A stretch of DNA of 64,000 bases from Camelus ferus (Eukaryota): positions 67,830,001 to 67,894,000 of the forward strand of contig NC_045697.1 in the NCBI RefSeq assembly GCF_009834535.1, in the 5' to 3' direction. Position numbers and translations under genes: made by a program. Below are positions 39,059 to 52,639 of the stretch, in pieces (the first letter of the stretch is position 1; each line of letters starts with the position of its first letter). Below the pieces are notes generated by a model. The model searched no databases and was not told the DNA's origin. It saw only the letters and a list, made by a program, of their open reading frames with translations.

Positions 39059-40784
39059 TAATGACAAATTAAGCTAGCATGCTTCACCATCCCTTATGCC
39101 AATGTTTCTCAGCAAAACTGCATTCACTTATTGAGAATAAATGAAATTCAAAATGAAATTTCAAATAAATGAAAGTCCATATTGAATTAAATCAATATTG
39201 TATTGAATATAATCAGAGTTGAACATAATCATCACTATTTTCTGTTTAAAAATTTTTAAGTATTATCAATGTCTCCCTGTACTATATAAGATTTTTGATC
39301 AGATAAATGCAACCTAAGAGATCTAGTTGCAGAATTATTATAATTTTTATGTCCCTATTAACTTTTTGTATTTCCACATTAATTCTTTTCAGATTGTCTG
39401 CCTTTATCTTTTTTGATCTTTTGTCTTTTTTATAGGCACAATTAAGCAATACATAAGAAACAAGGAAAACAATTTAAAATTATGGTATGTACAACCATCA
39501 TGTGATAAAACAGCTGAAAGGCTGAGTCTTGAATATGCTCATTCAATCTCCTCTAATAGTTGTAAATGCACACTTGATCACTCAAGCTGTTCTGTATTAA
39601 AGGGGGAGATATTTTTATTACTGAAACTATTCACTGATTTTTTCAAAGCAGAAATCCAAAAGTGTCATTATAGGTTTTCATCATTTGATGTTACCCACTT
39701 TCCAAACCAATACATTGTCAACTTCCCTATGATTTCTACTAAGCAAACACTAATTGGAAAATGAATTCACAAGAGACATTCTAAGGTTTGGGTATCATTG
39801 TGGCGTAATCATGCGCATGGTTCTAGTCAAAAACATTAACTATTTAAGATTTACATCTTATGAATCATGTTTAGCTAAACACAACCTGCAAACTGCTCTA
39901 GCATAGCTGGCTAAGAAATACCAGTTTGATAAAGTTCCTGATTAACTTCTGGAAGAGTTCATCAGTTCTGCAGGGAGCTTAAAAAGGACCCACATTGTAT
40001 CTGCCAAGGATGGTAATACATGCTGATAAATTATGTCAACATTTATATTATCAAAAATTTACAGCAGCAGAGTATATGTAATTACTAAATAAGTTTTACA
40101 GCTGCTAAAGAAGATATCTCACTTGGATAATAAGGGTTTATCACAGTCTAGAAGTCTATGTTCTCTCTACTACTTCACCGCTCTCACCCTGGATCCACCA
40201 CTGATTTAGCAAAGACTCATAGCTCAGTAAACCCAAACAAGTGAGTTCATATGAAATCAAGAGTCAAAGCTAGCCCATGAGTTGAGGATGGAATTAACAA
40301 AAGAAATTAAGCTCAATTATTGGGTGATCAGGACTTGTGATGGAGGCAAATCGCACTTGTTTCTGCCATTTAGACATGTAGGACATGAATAGAAATATAA
40401 CAGTAAGAAGTGAAAAAAGGTGACATCAGTGAAACAGCAGCCTACAAACATTGTTATTGTGGAGACAGAGCTTCACAGGTCTCAGCAACCTTTTGGTATA
40501 CAGTGTAACAATACAAATTTAAAAAGAAGACTCAGAGCCCTTAAGAAAAATCTACTTTTCTATTTGGTGGGGTTATTATATTTAGGAACATTTACAAAAA
40601 AAAAGTGGCTAAAATGATATAAAATATATGATGGTGTTAAAAATATACGGATTCCACAGTAACTCAGGCTCCCTATCTACGCTGTGATCATGCCCTTAAG
40701 TACCCGCAAAGCCCTTCTCCTCCACTTCCACAACAGGTAACAGCACATTATTAGAAGGCTTCAAATAAAAGAACTGGCAGCCCT

Positions 40785-41250
40785 TGTATCTGTTGGGTCC
40801 TCCAATTAGCACATGTCAAGTAAGAGTTAGAAGTGCCAGGAATTTACTGGAAGAAATGCTGGTGAAAATAAGAGGGGAGAATTATAGTAAGAGTAGATCT
40901 CAAAATCCTTCAGACCATTCTACAGGTCTGATATTTGTAAAAGAAGAAGATAAGAAATGGAAAGTTGGGTAGGAAAGGTCTCAGACTGCACTGCAGCTTT
41001 GAAAAAGTCAGCAATCCATGTGGGAGCTCAAGCACAGACTGCTGGGAGAGGAGTCCTGCATCCACACCAGGCAGGAATGGTCAGGCTTACTATTCCCACC
41101 ATGCTCAGCCATTGCATGGCCTCAGGCAAATGCTGTGTTATATCCTGAAGGCACTGTAGCTGGAGGATGTCAGCTGACTAAGCTCCTCACAGGTGATCAT
41201 CCAGCTCTTTTGTGAAGGGAGATCCAAGCAGTGCACTTCCGTGGCTGTCA
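40785..41250 (-). mobile_element. LTR16-type ERVL solo LTR
   Basis: ccttcagaccattctacaggtctga...gtctcagactgcactgcagct...gaagggagatccaagcagtgcacttccgtggctgtca (antisense LTR16 5' end). Confidence 0.75.
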
Positions 41251-41788
41251 AAGACATTCCCACACATTCAGCAGCTACAGCCTTCTTCTCCTGTTTTTGA
41301 ATCCCTTTCCATTTATTTGATCTAAGATGGTCTGCTGACTCTTTCTGAATCTATTTATTTCTCCAATGTTGAGTCTGAAACTGCCACCCCAGTCTTGTAG
41401 CAACATCATCTGTTTCTATCTGTAGCTTCCTGTTTAGCATGGAGGACTAAATCTTAACCCAATGTCCCTAATCCAGGCACTGTGCTTTCCCTTTATTCCT
41501 GCTGAAACATGACAAGTTCAGCTCTGATTTGGCCTAAAATTGCATTTGGCCTACAGTAATTGCATTTGTCTTCTATTTAATGAATTAAATGTGAAACAAT
41601 GAATATACATTGAGTATCAATTCCAATCTGATATTGATTATTCAGAAACTTAATATATGACCAACCTCCATTTTGAAAGATTCTTATTGAAATATAATGC
41701 ATAAATGAGACTATGTGGGTATGTGTATGTTACATTCACTCTCTTTCATTCTCTTTCTTTTGTTCTTTTCTCCTTCCTTCTTCCTTTT

Positions 41789-41873
41789 TATTATATGGAG
41801 TACAGCTGATTTACAATATTGTGTTAGTTTTAGGTATACAGCAAAGTAATTCAGTTATATACATATATGTATA

Positions 41874-41905
<32 letters not shown>

Positions 41906-43548
41906 CACATAAATGTATTTTCAGATTATTTTCCCTTATAGGTTATTACAAGATATTGAATATAATCTCCTGTGCTATACAGTAAATCCTTGTTGCTTAT
42001 CTATTTTATGTATAGTAGTTTGTATCTGTTAATCCCATGCTCCTAATTTATCCCTCCCCTCTTCTTTCCCCATTGGTAAATATAAGTTTATTTTCTATGT
42101 CTGTGAGTCTGTTTCTGTTTTGTATATAGATTTCATTTGTATTATTTTTTAAATTCCATATATAAGTGATATAACATTTGTCTTACTCTGTCTGACTTAC
42201 TTCTCCTGGTAAGTCTCTAGATCCATCTATGTTGCTGCAAATGGCAACATTTCATTCTTCTTTATGGCTAAGTAAAATCCTATTGTCTATCACTTCTTCT
42301 TAAGCCGATTCTTGGTGGGCATGGGAAGATACCCCAGGCTCTTGAGTTGGAAGAATTAATATTGTTAAAATGATCATTCTACCCAAAGCAATCTACAAAT
42401 TTAATGCAAAATTACCCAGGGCGTTTTTCACAGAACAAATAATTGTAAAATTTATATGGAGCCACAAAAGACCCAAAATTGCCAAAGTGATCCTGAGGAA
42501 AAAGAACAAAGCTGGAGGCATAACCCTCCCAGACTTCAGAAAATACCACAAAGCTACAGTAATCAAAATAGTGTGGTATTGGCACAAAAACAGACATATA
42601 CATCAATAGGACAGAATAGAGAGCTCTGAAATAAACCCACACACCTATGGTCAAATTATCTATGACAAACAAGGCAAGAATATACAATAAAGAAAAGACA
42701 GTCTCTTCAACAAATGGCATTGGGAAAGCTGGACAGCTGTATATAAATCAATGAAGTTATTTAGAACACTCCCTCACACCATATACAAAAAAACTCAAAA
42801 TGATTTAAAGACCTAAATATAAGACAGGACACCTTAAAACTCCTAGAAGAGAACATAGGCAAAACATTCTAGGACACAAATTGTAGGAATATTTTCTTAG
42901 ATCAGTCTCCCAAGGCAAATGAAATTAAAGCATAAATAAACAAATGGGACCTAATCAAACTTAAAAGCTTTTGTACAATTAAGGAAATCATCAACAAAAT
43001 GAAAAGACAACCTACTAAATAGGAGAAAACATTTGTAAATGATGCAACTGACAGGAGGTTAATATCCAAACTATACAAACAGCTCCTCAACTTAGTAACA
43101 ACAACAACAACAACAACCCCAACCCAATCAAAAAATGGGCAGAAGACCTAAACAGACATTTCTCCAATGAAGACATACAGCTGGCCAACAGGCACATGAA
43201 AAGATGCTCCACATTGTTAATTAGTAGAGAAATGCAAATCAAAACCACAATGCAGCATCACTTCACACCAGTCAGAATGGTCATCATCAAAAAGTCCACA
43301 AATAATAAATGCTGGAGAGGATGTGGAGAAAAGGAAACCCTTTTACACTGTTGGTAGGAATGTAAATTGGTGCAGCCACAATGGAAAACACTATGTAGGT
43401 TCCTTAAGAAATAAAAACAGAGTTACCACATGATCCAGCAATGCCATTCCTGGGCATGTATTTGGAAAAGACAAAAAGATACATGCATCCCAATGTTCAT
43501 AGCAGCACTATTTACAATTGCCAACACATGGAAACAATCCAAGTGCCC
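41789..43548 (-). mobile_element. Lineage-specific L1 with 5' inversion (twin priming)
   Basis: 41789 to about 42321 is the antisense 3'UTR. About 42322-43548 is sense ORF2 ([13 protein letters not shown]...[29 protein letters not shown]) ending at ggaaacaatccaagtgccc, where the antisense part begins. cttcctttt occurs on both flanks. Confidence 0.85.
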
Positions 43549-43629
43549 TTCCTTCCTTTTCTTTATTGAAAAACTGCACATTATTTTTAACAGAAATGTT
43601 TCCACATGTTTACACAAAGACATATATAA

Positions 43630-44458
43630 AGAGAAATACAAATCAAAACCACGGTGAGATATCACTCCATACCTACTAGGATGACTAAAATTAAAAAAGC
43701 AACAAGTATTCGTGAGAGTGTGGAGAAATTTGAACACTTATACATAGCTTGTGAGAATATAAAATGGTGCAGCAACTTCAGAAAAGTCTAGCAGTTTCTC
43801 AACATAGTATACTTAGAGTTACTACATAATCCAACAATTCTACTCCTAGGTATATACCCAAAAGCACTGAAAACATATGCCCATACATAAACTTGTACAC
43901 AAGTGTTCATAACAGTATTATTCATAATATCCAAAAAGTGGAAACAATCCAAATGCCCAATGACTGATAAATGAATAAATAAAATGTGGTATATTCTTGC
44001 AATAGAATATTATTCAACCATAAAAATGGATGAAGTGTTTATATGCTACAATATGAATAAAACTTGAAATCATTATGCTAAGTGAAAGATACCAACCCCA
44101 TAAGCCATATATATATATATACACACACACACATATGGAATATATATAAATGGAATCCCACTTATATTAAATGCCTAGAATAGACATATCCACAGATAAA
44201 GGAAATAGACTTTCCAAGGATTGAGGAAAGAGATAGGAAGTGACTGCTAATTGATACAGAATTCCTTTTGGGATAATGAAAATGTTCTAGAATTAGATGT
44301 GGTGATGGCTGCGCAACTTTGTGAATATACTATATATGGATCTATATATATTATCTATATATGTATATAGATATATATGTATATTATATATATCACACTG
44401 AATTGTACACTTTAAAAGGGTGAGCTTAATGGTATGTGAATTATATCTCAATAAAGCT
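43630..44458 (+). mobile_element. L1MB-type LINE 3' portion
   Basis: aaatcaaaaccacggtgagatatcac...gaaaatgttctagaattagatgtggtgatggctg...gtgaattatatctcaataaagct. Confidence 0.85.
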
Positions 44459-44549
44459 CAGACATATACAAATCAAAAAACTTTTCATTATGATATGGAA
44501 AAAACGTTAAGGAAAAAACCCAGTTATCATCTAAATATTTAGTTTTAAT

Positions 44550-45042
44550 GATGGCTATACTAACCAGCATTCAAGATTACTTTGAATCATCCTCTGCTTA
44601 CATCCACTGTTTTGTAGTTCACCCCCACATAATTTGCCCTATATGAACAATAAAATTCAGTAGAAATAATGGTATGTGTCTTCCTAGACTGGATGATGAA
44701 GGCACTGTGGTTTCCATCTTGGTCACGCCCTTTCTTGGGTCAGTCTCTATGGGGAAGCCAGCCATGCCGGGCATGACATGAAGAGTCCAAGAGGTAAGGA
44801 ACTGAGGCCTCTTCTCAATAGCCTTGTGAGTGATCTGAGCTGAAAATCCTCCAGCACTAGTAAAGCCTTGAGAGAAAAGCAGCGTGGGCTAACAGCTGAT
44901 TGTGAGCTCAGGAGATACCCTGAGCTAGAGTTACACGTCTATGCTGCTGCCAGACTCCTGGCCCTCAGACACTGTGAGAGAGTTAATTCACTGTTTTGAG
45001 CTGCTAAATTTTGAGATAATTTGTTATGCAGCAATAGATATA
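44550..45042 (+). mobile_element. MLT1F-like MaLR LTR
   Basis: ggggaagccagccatgcc...aaggaactgaggcctc...gctgctaaattttgagataatttgttatgcagcaatagata. Confidence 0.75.
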
Positions 45043-48000
45043 GCAGCAAACTTGTAGACATATAAGTGTCGGGTGACAGGTATATAAATATATATACACA
45101 TATTTTATTAAATATATAAAATTATATAATACATACATATATAAAATATAAAAGTATATTTACATATTTTATTATACTATATAGTATTAAATACTTATAT
45201 AATTACATTTACACATATCCTATTAGAACAATAGTTAAAAAAGGTGAAGATAAAAATGCACTAAGGAGAAAAAATTATTAGAGGAAAGAAATATTGTGTG
45301 AGAGTCATGTGTTCTTCAAACTTAACAACAGAAATAAAAAGATAATGAAGAGTTTCTTAACAAAAAGAGTAGACTAATGATGAACACACTAAGGACTACT
45401 CCTCATGAAAACCTTAGAGCATTATATGCATTTTCTGCCAAGTGATCAAGTGCATTAAATAAATGTACTAAGGCATAAGCAACCCTAAACATCTAAACTC
45501 CTTGAGATAGCTGTATACTCAAAAGCAAAATCACCATTAGATGAAATTTTAATGGACTTTTTATGGTTCTTAATTTGAGAGCTTTAGAGCAGTGCTGAAT
45601 AGAGGGTTGAGGATGGAGCTGAAATAACTCCTAATGCTATGATCATTGATCTGATAGCCTGGTGTTGAAAGTCCTTAAAATTCAGATCTAGACAGGAATA
45701 AAATTATGAACTAAGGAATACTGAAGTTTCAAGGCATAGAACACAAAGAGCATCTTAAGTCAATGCAAAGATTATATTTTGCTCAGGAAAAAAAGGATAT
45801 TTTAATCATTTTGTTACGCATTTTGTAATGCTTATATTTACACATCTGAAGTGTGACTACATAAGCAAATATGCATTATTCACAGTCAGTAACAGATCAA
45901 CATTAATCCTCATAGAGGAAAAGAGAAAAGCTCCTTATTTTCTGCTGTTTTATGGTCTCAGAGGATGAAAGAAATGACAACAAAGTAAAAATTAAGCAAA
46001 GAAAAGCAAAATAAGATCCAAATCCCAAACTTCACTGGAATTTACAATCAAAATGATGAAAATGTGCCTAAAATTTCTGAGCAAATTTAATTAAAACCAG
46101 CCTTTTCATTGAAATTCTGTTAACACAAAATGGGATAGGAAAAAAAAAAGTGAATATACCTGTTCATTGATCAAAAGTCATGCAATAATATATCGCTAGA
46201 GTCATAAGCAACCTCATTTTACACACGAAGAGACTAAGACCCGGAAAATCTGTGTTCAATCCAAGGTCACACCATTGAGATCAGGAAGTAAATCTCTTTC
46301 TTTCTTATAATGCAATTTTTCCCATTCACTGCAATTTTTATAAATGCTTATCTCCAAGGTTCTTACACATTGGTGCTTTGTCCAATACATTAAGTTACAA
46401 GTTCCTATTCTCACTGTTTTTCTTCTTGCATAAAATGATGAATATGTAGCTAATTATTATACATTTGAAAATTTCAGATTTTATTAGGTTTTAGTAAAAG
46501 TAATAGTAGTTTTAGTAGAAGTATTAGTTACTAAGATGTACTAGGGTAATTCTGCTAGAATAGAGTCATATACTAATTGTTCATAAACTAATTAATATAA
46601 TTTCTAGATCATTGACCCTCAATCAGATTTTGTTAGAAAAAGTAGGTACACATGTATGTTCTTATACAGGTAGTCTCTCTGTTAGCCACGGACCTCACAT
46701 TATTGCTGAATTCTCTTTCTTCTTTATTGCTTATAATGACAATTTTCCCGCTTATTAACATAAATTCCTGAAAGCTGAGAGAGATAGTACCATCTCCAGT
46801 TAAGTTTATTTGTCTGATTGATAGTTGGTGAGGGCTGCTGAAAAGGAAAGGAACAAACGATTTATTTACATGAAATTTAGGAATTTATTAGGTACATTAC
46901 TTACCCAGGCCATCCTTATTTCCTATTTTCATACATGACTGACATTCAACTAGATTCATCATGATACAAAGAAAGAAAATTTTGAGTTTAGGAGATTGCC
47001 ACCTCTTATAATTATATCCTGGATAGTTAATAAATTGAACCTTGATTTGAGAGTTTTCACAACATTCATGTAAGATATAAATGAAAGTCTTCAGAAAAAG
47101 AAATTGACAGAAATCACTTTTTGAGGATTTTTAAAAAATAATGAACAAAAGTAAAATGCTCCTAGGTTGAGAATACTTTGGACAATTTTTACCCTAAAGC
47201 AAATATTTTACTCTTGTAATAGAAATCTTCAGAAATATGGTATATAATGGAACTGCTAAGTACTCCGTAACTAGAGTTGCTATGGGGTACTACTGTAATG
47301 CCTTACATTTTCCTTTGTGAAAAAATTGAAAGCAACAATAATAAAGCTTAGTTTTATAATATTGAAATGCTCTCTTTCACTCCCTCTCTCCCCTCTCTCT
47401 CTGTTTTTTTAACCTCCAGGGAGAAAAACAATTAGATAAAGACAATCTAGCTAAATAGACTGGGAAACAGCCTGGCTCTGTCTATGCTTCATTACCCTCC
47501 TTCTTTCTCTGTTCATATTTTCCACAAATGGCTTGATTGTGTTTACCTGACATCCTCACACTTCCCTGCTGACTGGCTGTGGGTGCTTGGAACCTAGAGA
47601 AACAATGTTTCCCACAAACATTTATACCCACTTGCAGAGAGGTCAGTCCTGGTGAATACGTAGTTGTAACTTCAATATGCCTGTGACTGTAGTTTCCCAG
47701 GTTTCAAAAGGACTTTCTGAAACTAGCCTTGCACAACAGATGTAAGGGGGAACAGGATTGCTCTGGGGTGCAAACGCTCCATGTTAGCTAAGCAAACGCA
47801 GAATCAGAGGTTAGGAATTCATGCCCTGAATAAGAAGCATGCCCCTTAAAAGGTTGATCAAATGTTGAACTCCTTTATACTCTCAAAAGTCAGGGCTTTT
47901 CAAAATATGGCTGCTATGTTTTGATGCCCTTTACTCCCAAATACAGCAGGATAATGGCCTCTATCTGTTGCACTGAAATAAAGTGCTTTTTCCAAGATGA

Positions 48001-49062
48001 AGCACTTTGCAAGCACTGTCTGGGATGAGAGCTGTGGAGAAATAACAAGCAGCAGAGCTGATTTTCCTGAGCTCTCTTTATGGACTGAGCCATAAATCTC
48101 TAACAATGTGAAGGCTTCAGAGATTTCCTACTTGCCCTCATAAGAAATAGACATCATTCTATTTTCTGACAGTTCAGGTAGTAGAAGTAGGCACATTTTC
48201 CCCATAGTCACCAGGCTATGAATCTGAGTAACTAATCTACTGATAATTAGATGTGATGCCTCAAATTAGAAACCAATATAACATGTGTTGAATTAATGGC
48301 AATTCATTACGTATTACTGTCTCCATTAATAAACTGTGACTAGATTTAAGCTTTGCAGGTCTGAGGTAACTCAGGAGAGTTCTGTTCAAGTCCAGTTTCA
48401 ATCAAGGACAGTACGAAAAGATGAATGTAAGAACCAAAATATACTGACTATGTCAGAGACAAAACCATCTGGTGCCTCCCAGTGTGTGTGGGTCAAACTC
48501 CTCTCATGCTGGAAACAGCAGAGCATTGCAGAATGAAAAGTAAATGGGGATTTAAAATCCTGAGTGACTCTCAATCTACACAACAGATTAAATAAGTCAT
48601 ATTTATGGACTTTAAGTTAGATTGGTCACAAACTGACCCAGTTCACTGAGTAGAAGGAAGTTGGCCTGGACTTATAAACCCTAAATCGCTGAAATCCAAG
48701 CTTTGTTTAGCAAGTGATAAAACTGAATCAAGTTCAGAAGCTGAATTTAATAGAGACCCCTGCGTTTCTACTCTCTTATTTGCAACCTCAAACTTCACTG
48801 GCTTGTTACAGCTGAATAGGCAGCATTTATGCAGTGAATAAAAAGCTGCCTTCCCTACCTCTTCACCCTTCTTCTCGAGTCATGCAGTATTTCCAAATTC
48901 AGCCTCCAGTTTTACGAGAAAAGAGATGCTATAGCCCTATCTCTGCATTAGTGGAGCATGGAGGACAATTTAGGTCAGCTCAGAATGATTAACCAGCAGA
49001 GAAGCCCTCGTACTCTGCCCTGTCCCAGGGTAGGCCCTGGCTTATTAGTTGGAAGCAAAATT

Positions 49063-49066
<4 letters not shown>

Positions 49067-49112
<46 letters not shown>
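49067..49112. repeat. (GT)23 microsatellite
   Basis: Directly visible, uninterrupted. Confidence 0.95.
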
Positions 49113-49114
<2 letters not shown>

Positions 49115-49478
49115 CGGATATCACTAGTTTGCCACTGGTAAGGATACTCCCCACTGTGTGTCTAAGCAAAGTTGAGAAAGCAATTCATTCTTTGGATCTG
49201 GAAGATTGCATTTTATTATTTTCACTTTTAACACAATTACACACGTGTACATCTCTCATATTTAATATACATTTAAGTGAGTTAATAGAAAAGGAAAGGT
49301 AATGCTTTTTACTATATTCCAAATCCTTGTATTCATCTTTTTTTTTTTTTTTTTCAAAATTTTCCCTCTGCCATCTTAAATCCTCCCCACCCCGCCCTAT
49401 ATTCTCCTTATATACATTAATCCGTTTAAATACTGGGTTTTCTGTTGGAGCACGTCATGACTCCAGGTACTGCCCCAC

Positions 49479-50120
49479 TGAGACAGGATGGAAAGGGGCA
49501 GGGCACAGCCATTCAAGGAATGCTACAGCAATTAACATCAAAATGGTGAAAGATTCAACCCCTAGTAGGCCTTGAGGCTCAAGACAAGGGAGATTTAATT
49601 TCTAGCAGAACTTGAGCTTCATTATACACCCATTGTAATATATTAACATGGTGAATAACACGCCCACAGGCACCATGGCAGTCCCAAGGCTAGTCACAAA
49701 AGGTCAAAGAGTGGGAAATGGCCAACTTCCTGGGAATCCCAGCCCCTTCCCCAGGCTACTTAGTCTGGTCCTTCCACATATTAGCATATGAAGCCCCCAA
49801 GTCCATAAAAACTGACAACATGGCGCCTCAGGGCCACCCCTCTCTCTCTCTCCCCCCTCCCTCTTTGGTGACGGCCCACATTCTGTCTATGGAGTGTGTA
49901 CCTACTTTTAATCTGAGCACCCAACTCCCGCACCTCGTGGCCTATTCTTGCCTTTCAATGTATCTCTCTGAATAAATCTACCTTTACTCAACTGTGGCTC
50001 GCTCTTGAATTCTTTCCTGTGCGAAGCCAAGGACCCACACTTGGTGGGGCATGTCCTCGGAGCTCAACCGAAGCCTGGGACACAGCCCTTCTCAAGCCCC
50101 ACATCTGTTCTCCTGCATCA
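49479..50120 (+). mobile_element. MER41-like ERV1 solo LTR, full length (642 bp)
   Basis: TG...CA termini with perfect TSD CCAC (49475-78 and 50121-24). MER41-type blocks: cacgcccacaggcaccatg, ttcctgggaat, ttagcatatg, cataaaaact, ctatggagtg, AATAAA, ctcgctcttgaattctttcctgtgcga. Confidence 0.85.
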
Positions 50121-50435
50121 CCACTACCTGGCTATTGCCCTGAACTTGATCATGGCTAGTGTGTCTCTTAGCTGTACTTGGATTACATAGTACGTTTCAT
50201 TCTTTTATTTTACTCACACTAACATCTAAAGTCCTGAATGATGTGAAAACATGGATTTCTCTTCTAAAAACCAATATAACTTTTGAGAAAGTCAGTGTAG
50301 TCTTAATTTAACTTTGCCAATGCTATTGCAAGCTCTATTGTTTCAGTTAGTCAAATTTACAACTTAAAAGGAATATTCTCTTCCCTTTTTCTTTACTACT
50401 TAAAAATTGTAATTAGTTTGCTCCAAAGCCTTTCT

Positions 50436-50639
50436 TTCTTTCTTTCTTTTTTTTTTTTTAACTGAAGTATAGTCAGTTTACAATGTTTGCCAGTTTCTGG
50501 TGTACAGCATAATGTTTCAGTCATACATATATACATATATTTGTTATCATATTCTTTTTCATTATAGGTTACTATAAGACACTGAATAAGTTTCCTATGC
50601 TGTACAGTATAAACTTATTTATTTATATATAGTAGTTAG
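50436..50639 (-). mobile_element. Short young L1 3' end (camelid-like)
   Basis: T-tail then gaagtatagtcagtttacaatg...ttataggttac. 22-bp TSD tagtttgctccaaagc(c/a)tttct at 50414-50435 and 50640-50661. Confidence 0.9.
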
Positions 50640-52639
50640 TAGTTTGCTCCAAAGCATTTCTAAAATCTACATTTAATCTATAATTTTAGGGGCATCATAA
50701 TCCATAAATGCCATACAGTTTGTCTCTGCAAGAACCTATGTGCTGATTTTACACTCATTGTTTTGAAGTGTCTAATCTTCCCTGCAGTTCTATTCACTCC
50801 AGTAGGAATCACCTTCATCAAGTATCAATTTCTCTTTCAGAGGCCAACATATCCTTGTAATTGCATTTCAAATTAAATTTATAGTTAAGGGACCCTTTTG
50901 TGACTGTTAATTACTAGGTTCAACAAGATGAGAAAGGAGGAGGAGAATTAAATGTGTTTAGTCCATGCTATGTATTTTATTAGCATCCTTTCATTTTAGA
51001 CTCAGGGTAAACCCGGGAAGAAGGGAGTGTTATTTTCTTTATACAAGTGAAGAAAGTGAGACTTATACATACCAAGAAATTTGCTTAAATTCCCAGAGTT
51101 GACAAAACTTTAGGCCCTTTTTACTTCTCTATCCGAAAGGGGGACCAGGGAATAAGGAGGGTGAGGAGAGCAGGAATGCCATTAGCCACTGCCAGGAAAC
51201 AAGGATGCTATACATAACAGGGTAATAACTATCTGCTTCTTCCATTAATTCACACATGTTCTCTAATGTTTTTCTTCAATATTTAATATTTTTAATATTT
51301 TTCTTTAATATTTGCACAAGTAATATATGAGTGCCTGAGATATTAAATAACATTACAAAAGAAAGTAGAAGGAGACACTGCCCAAATTATCCCATATTCC
51401 AGAGTATATATAATTGTCCACGTATTTTTGTTGAAAAGCATATAACATAAACGATAGAGCCATGACATCAATGTTTAATAACATCAATAGACATGATTAA
51501 AAATCACTGAGATTACAAACTGCACCATCATGACCAGGCATATCCTACTGACTATTTTAATTTAAGCAAATATATTTTTCAATTTGAATTAAAGTGTGCA
51601 CTGCATGGAGTACAAGTGGTTCCTTTTAAGTACTTGTTAGGGCAATATGGAGTAACAATATTAAACAATAAATATAAATATTGGGAAAAGAATACTTTGA
51701 GAACTAATATAAAGATAAAAGCAGTAAAATATAATAGGTTATTTTTTTAAGTTCACAAAACTACATGTTTCTTTTACCCACCCCCCAAAAAGTTAAAGAA
51801 GAATATCACTTGCTGTTACATTCAAAGATCTGGAGTATGACTTGGATAGCAATAAAAGTACCATCATTGTAATCATTTAATTTGTATAAGAGTCCCAAAT
51901 ATATATTTTTATTTATGAAATATTTAAGTAGTAATGGAGAAAGACCCATAAAACATAAAAATAAGAAACTGCTGAGATTTGGAGATTAAAATAACATCTA
52001 TCAAATGAGCTTTCATACCATCACTTGGAGCTAAATTTGTTTTGTAGTAAGATGAGCAGGTGTGAATAGATTTGTCATGTACTAAGAGCAACCTCTATAT
52101 ATCACTAGACACTGACTCATTTCCTTGTACTCAGCCCCAGGTTGTCCTCAGAACCTCCAGTGTGCACTCCTCAGGGTGCTTGTCAGTGCCATCCAGCGAC
52201 CTAGCATAAGTGGCGGAGCTACTGCCAGGAGAGGGCTCACGATTCCAGCACTCAGCAAGTGCTGGGGTTTACAAGGGTTTCCACTAAGCCATACCACTCA
52301 GGAAACAGCCTGTTTGGTTTGTCAAAGGTGGTAACTATCAAATGGTCTGCTTTTGATATATGTCTTCTATTAGCCCTTGCTACGAACAATGGTCTTCTGT
52401 GAATTCCAACACATGTGACTCTAGTATACAGCATGGCCCTGTTGAAAGACATCAGAGGCAAAGCAATAACCCTGCCACCCATTATCATGTGATCTAAAAG
52501 GTGATTTTTGCCGTGAGGTAGAAAACAAAGACAACTATACAGTTTTTACCTACTTAGTATCAAAGAAATTGAGTTACTGATTAAAGAGAAAAAGTGATGA
52601 TACATATATATACATGAAATATTTTTCTCTTACACTTTT

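Noticed and set aside
42370..42609. L1 ORF2-like peptides as functional CDS (also 26327, 27813, 37956, 53372)
   Set aside because: They are fragments of truncated, stop- and frameshift-disrupted L1 copies.
44330..44395. AT-rich near-palindrome (atctatatatgtatatagat) as a hairpin RNA
   Set aside because: It is a (TA)n-derived expansion inside an L1 3'UTR, so self-complementarity is trivial.
30854..48977. Canonical RORE matches at 30854-30864 and 48967-48977
   Set aside because: A rough composition-based estimate gives one to two such matches by chance in this window.
48958..49302. 114-aa ORF with VCVCVC run
   Set aside because: The frame is kept open by the (GT)n microsatellite.
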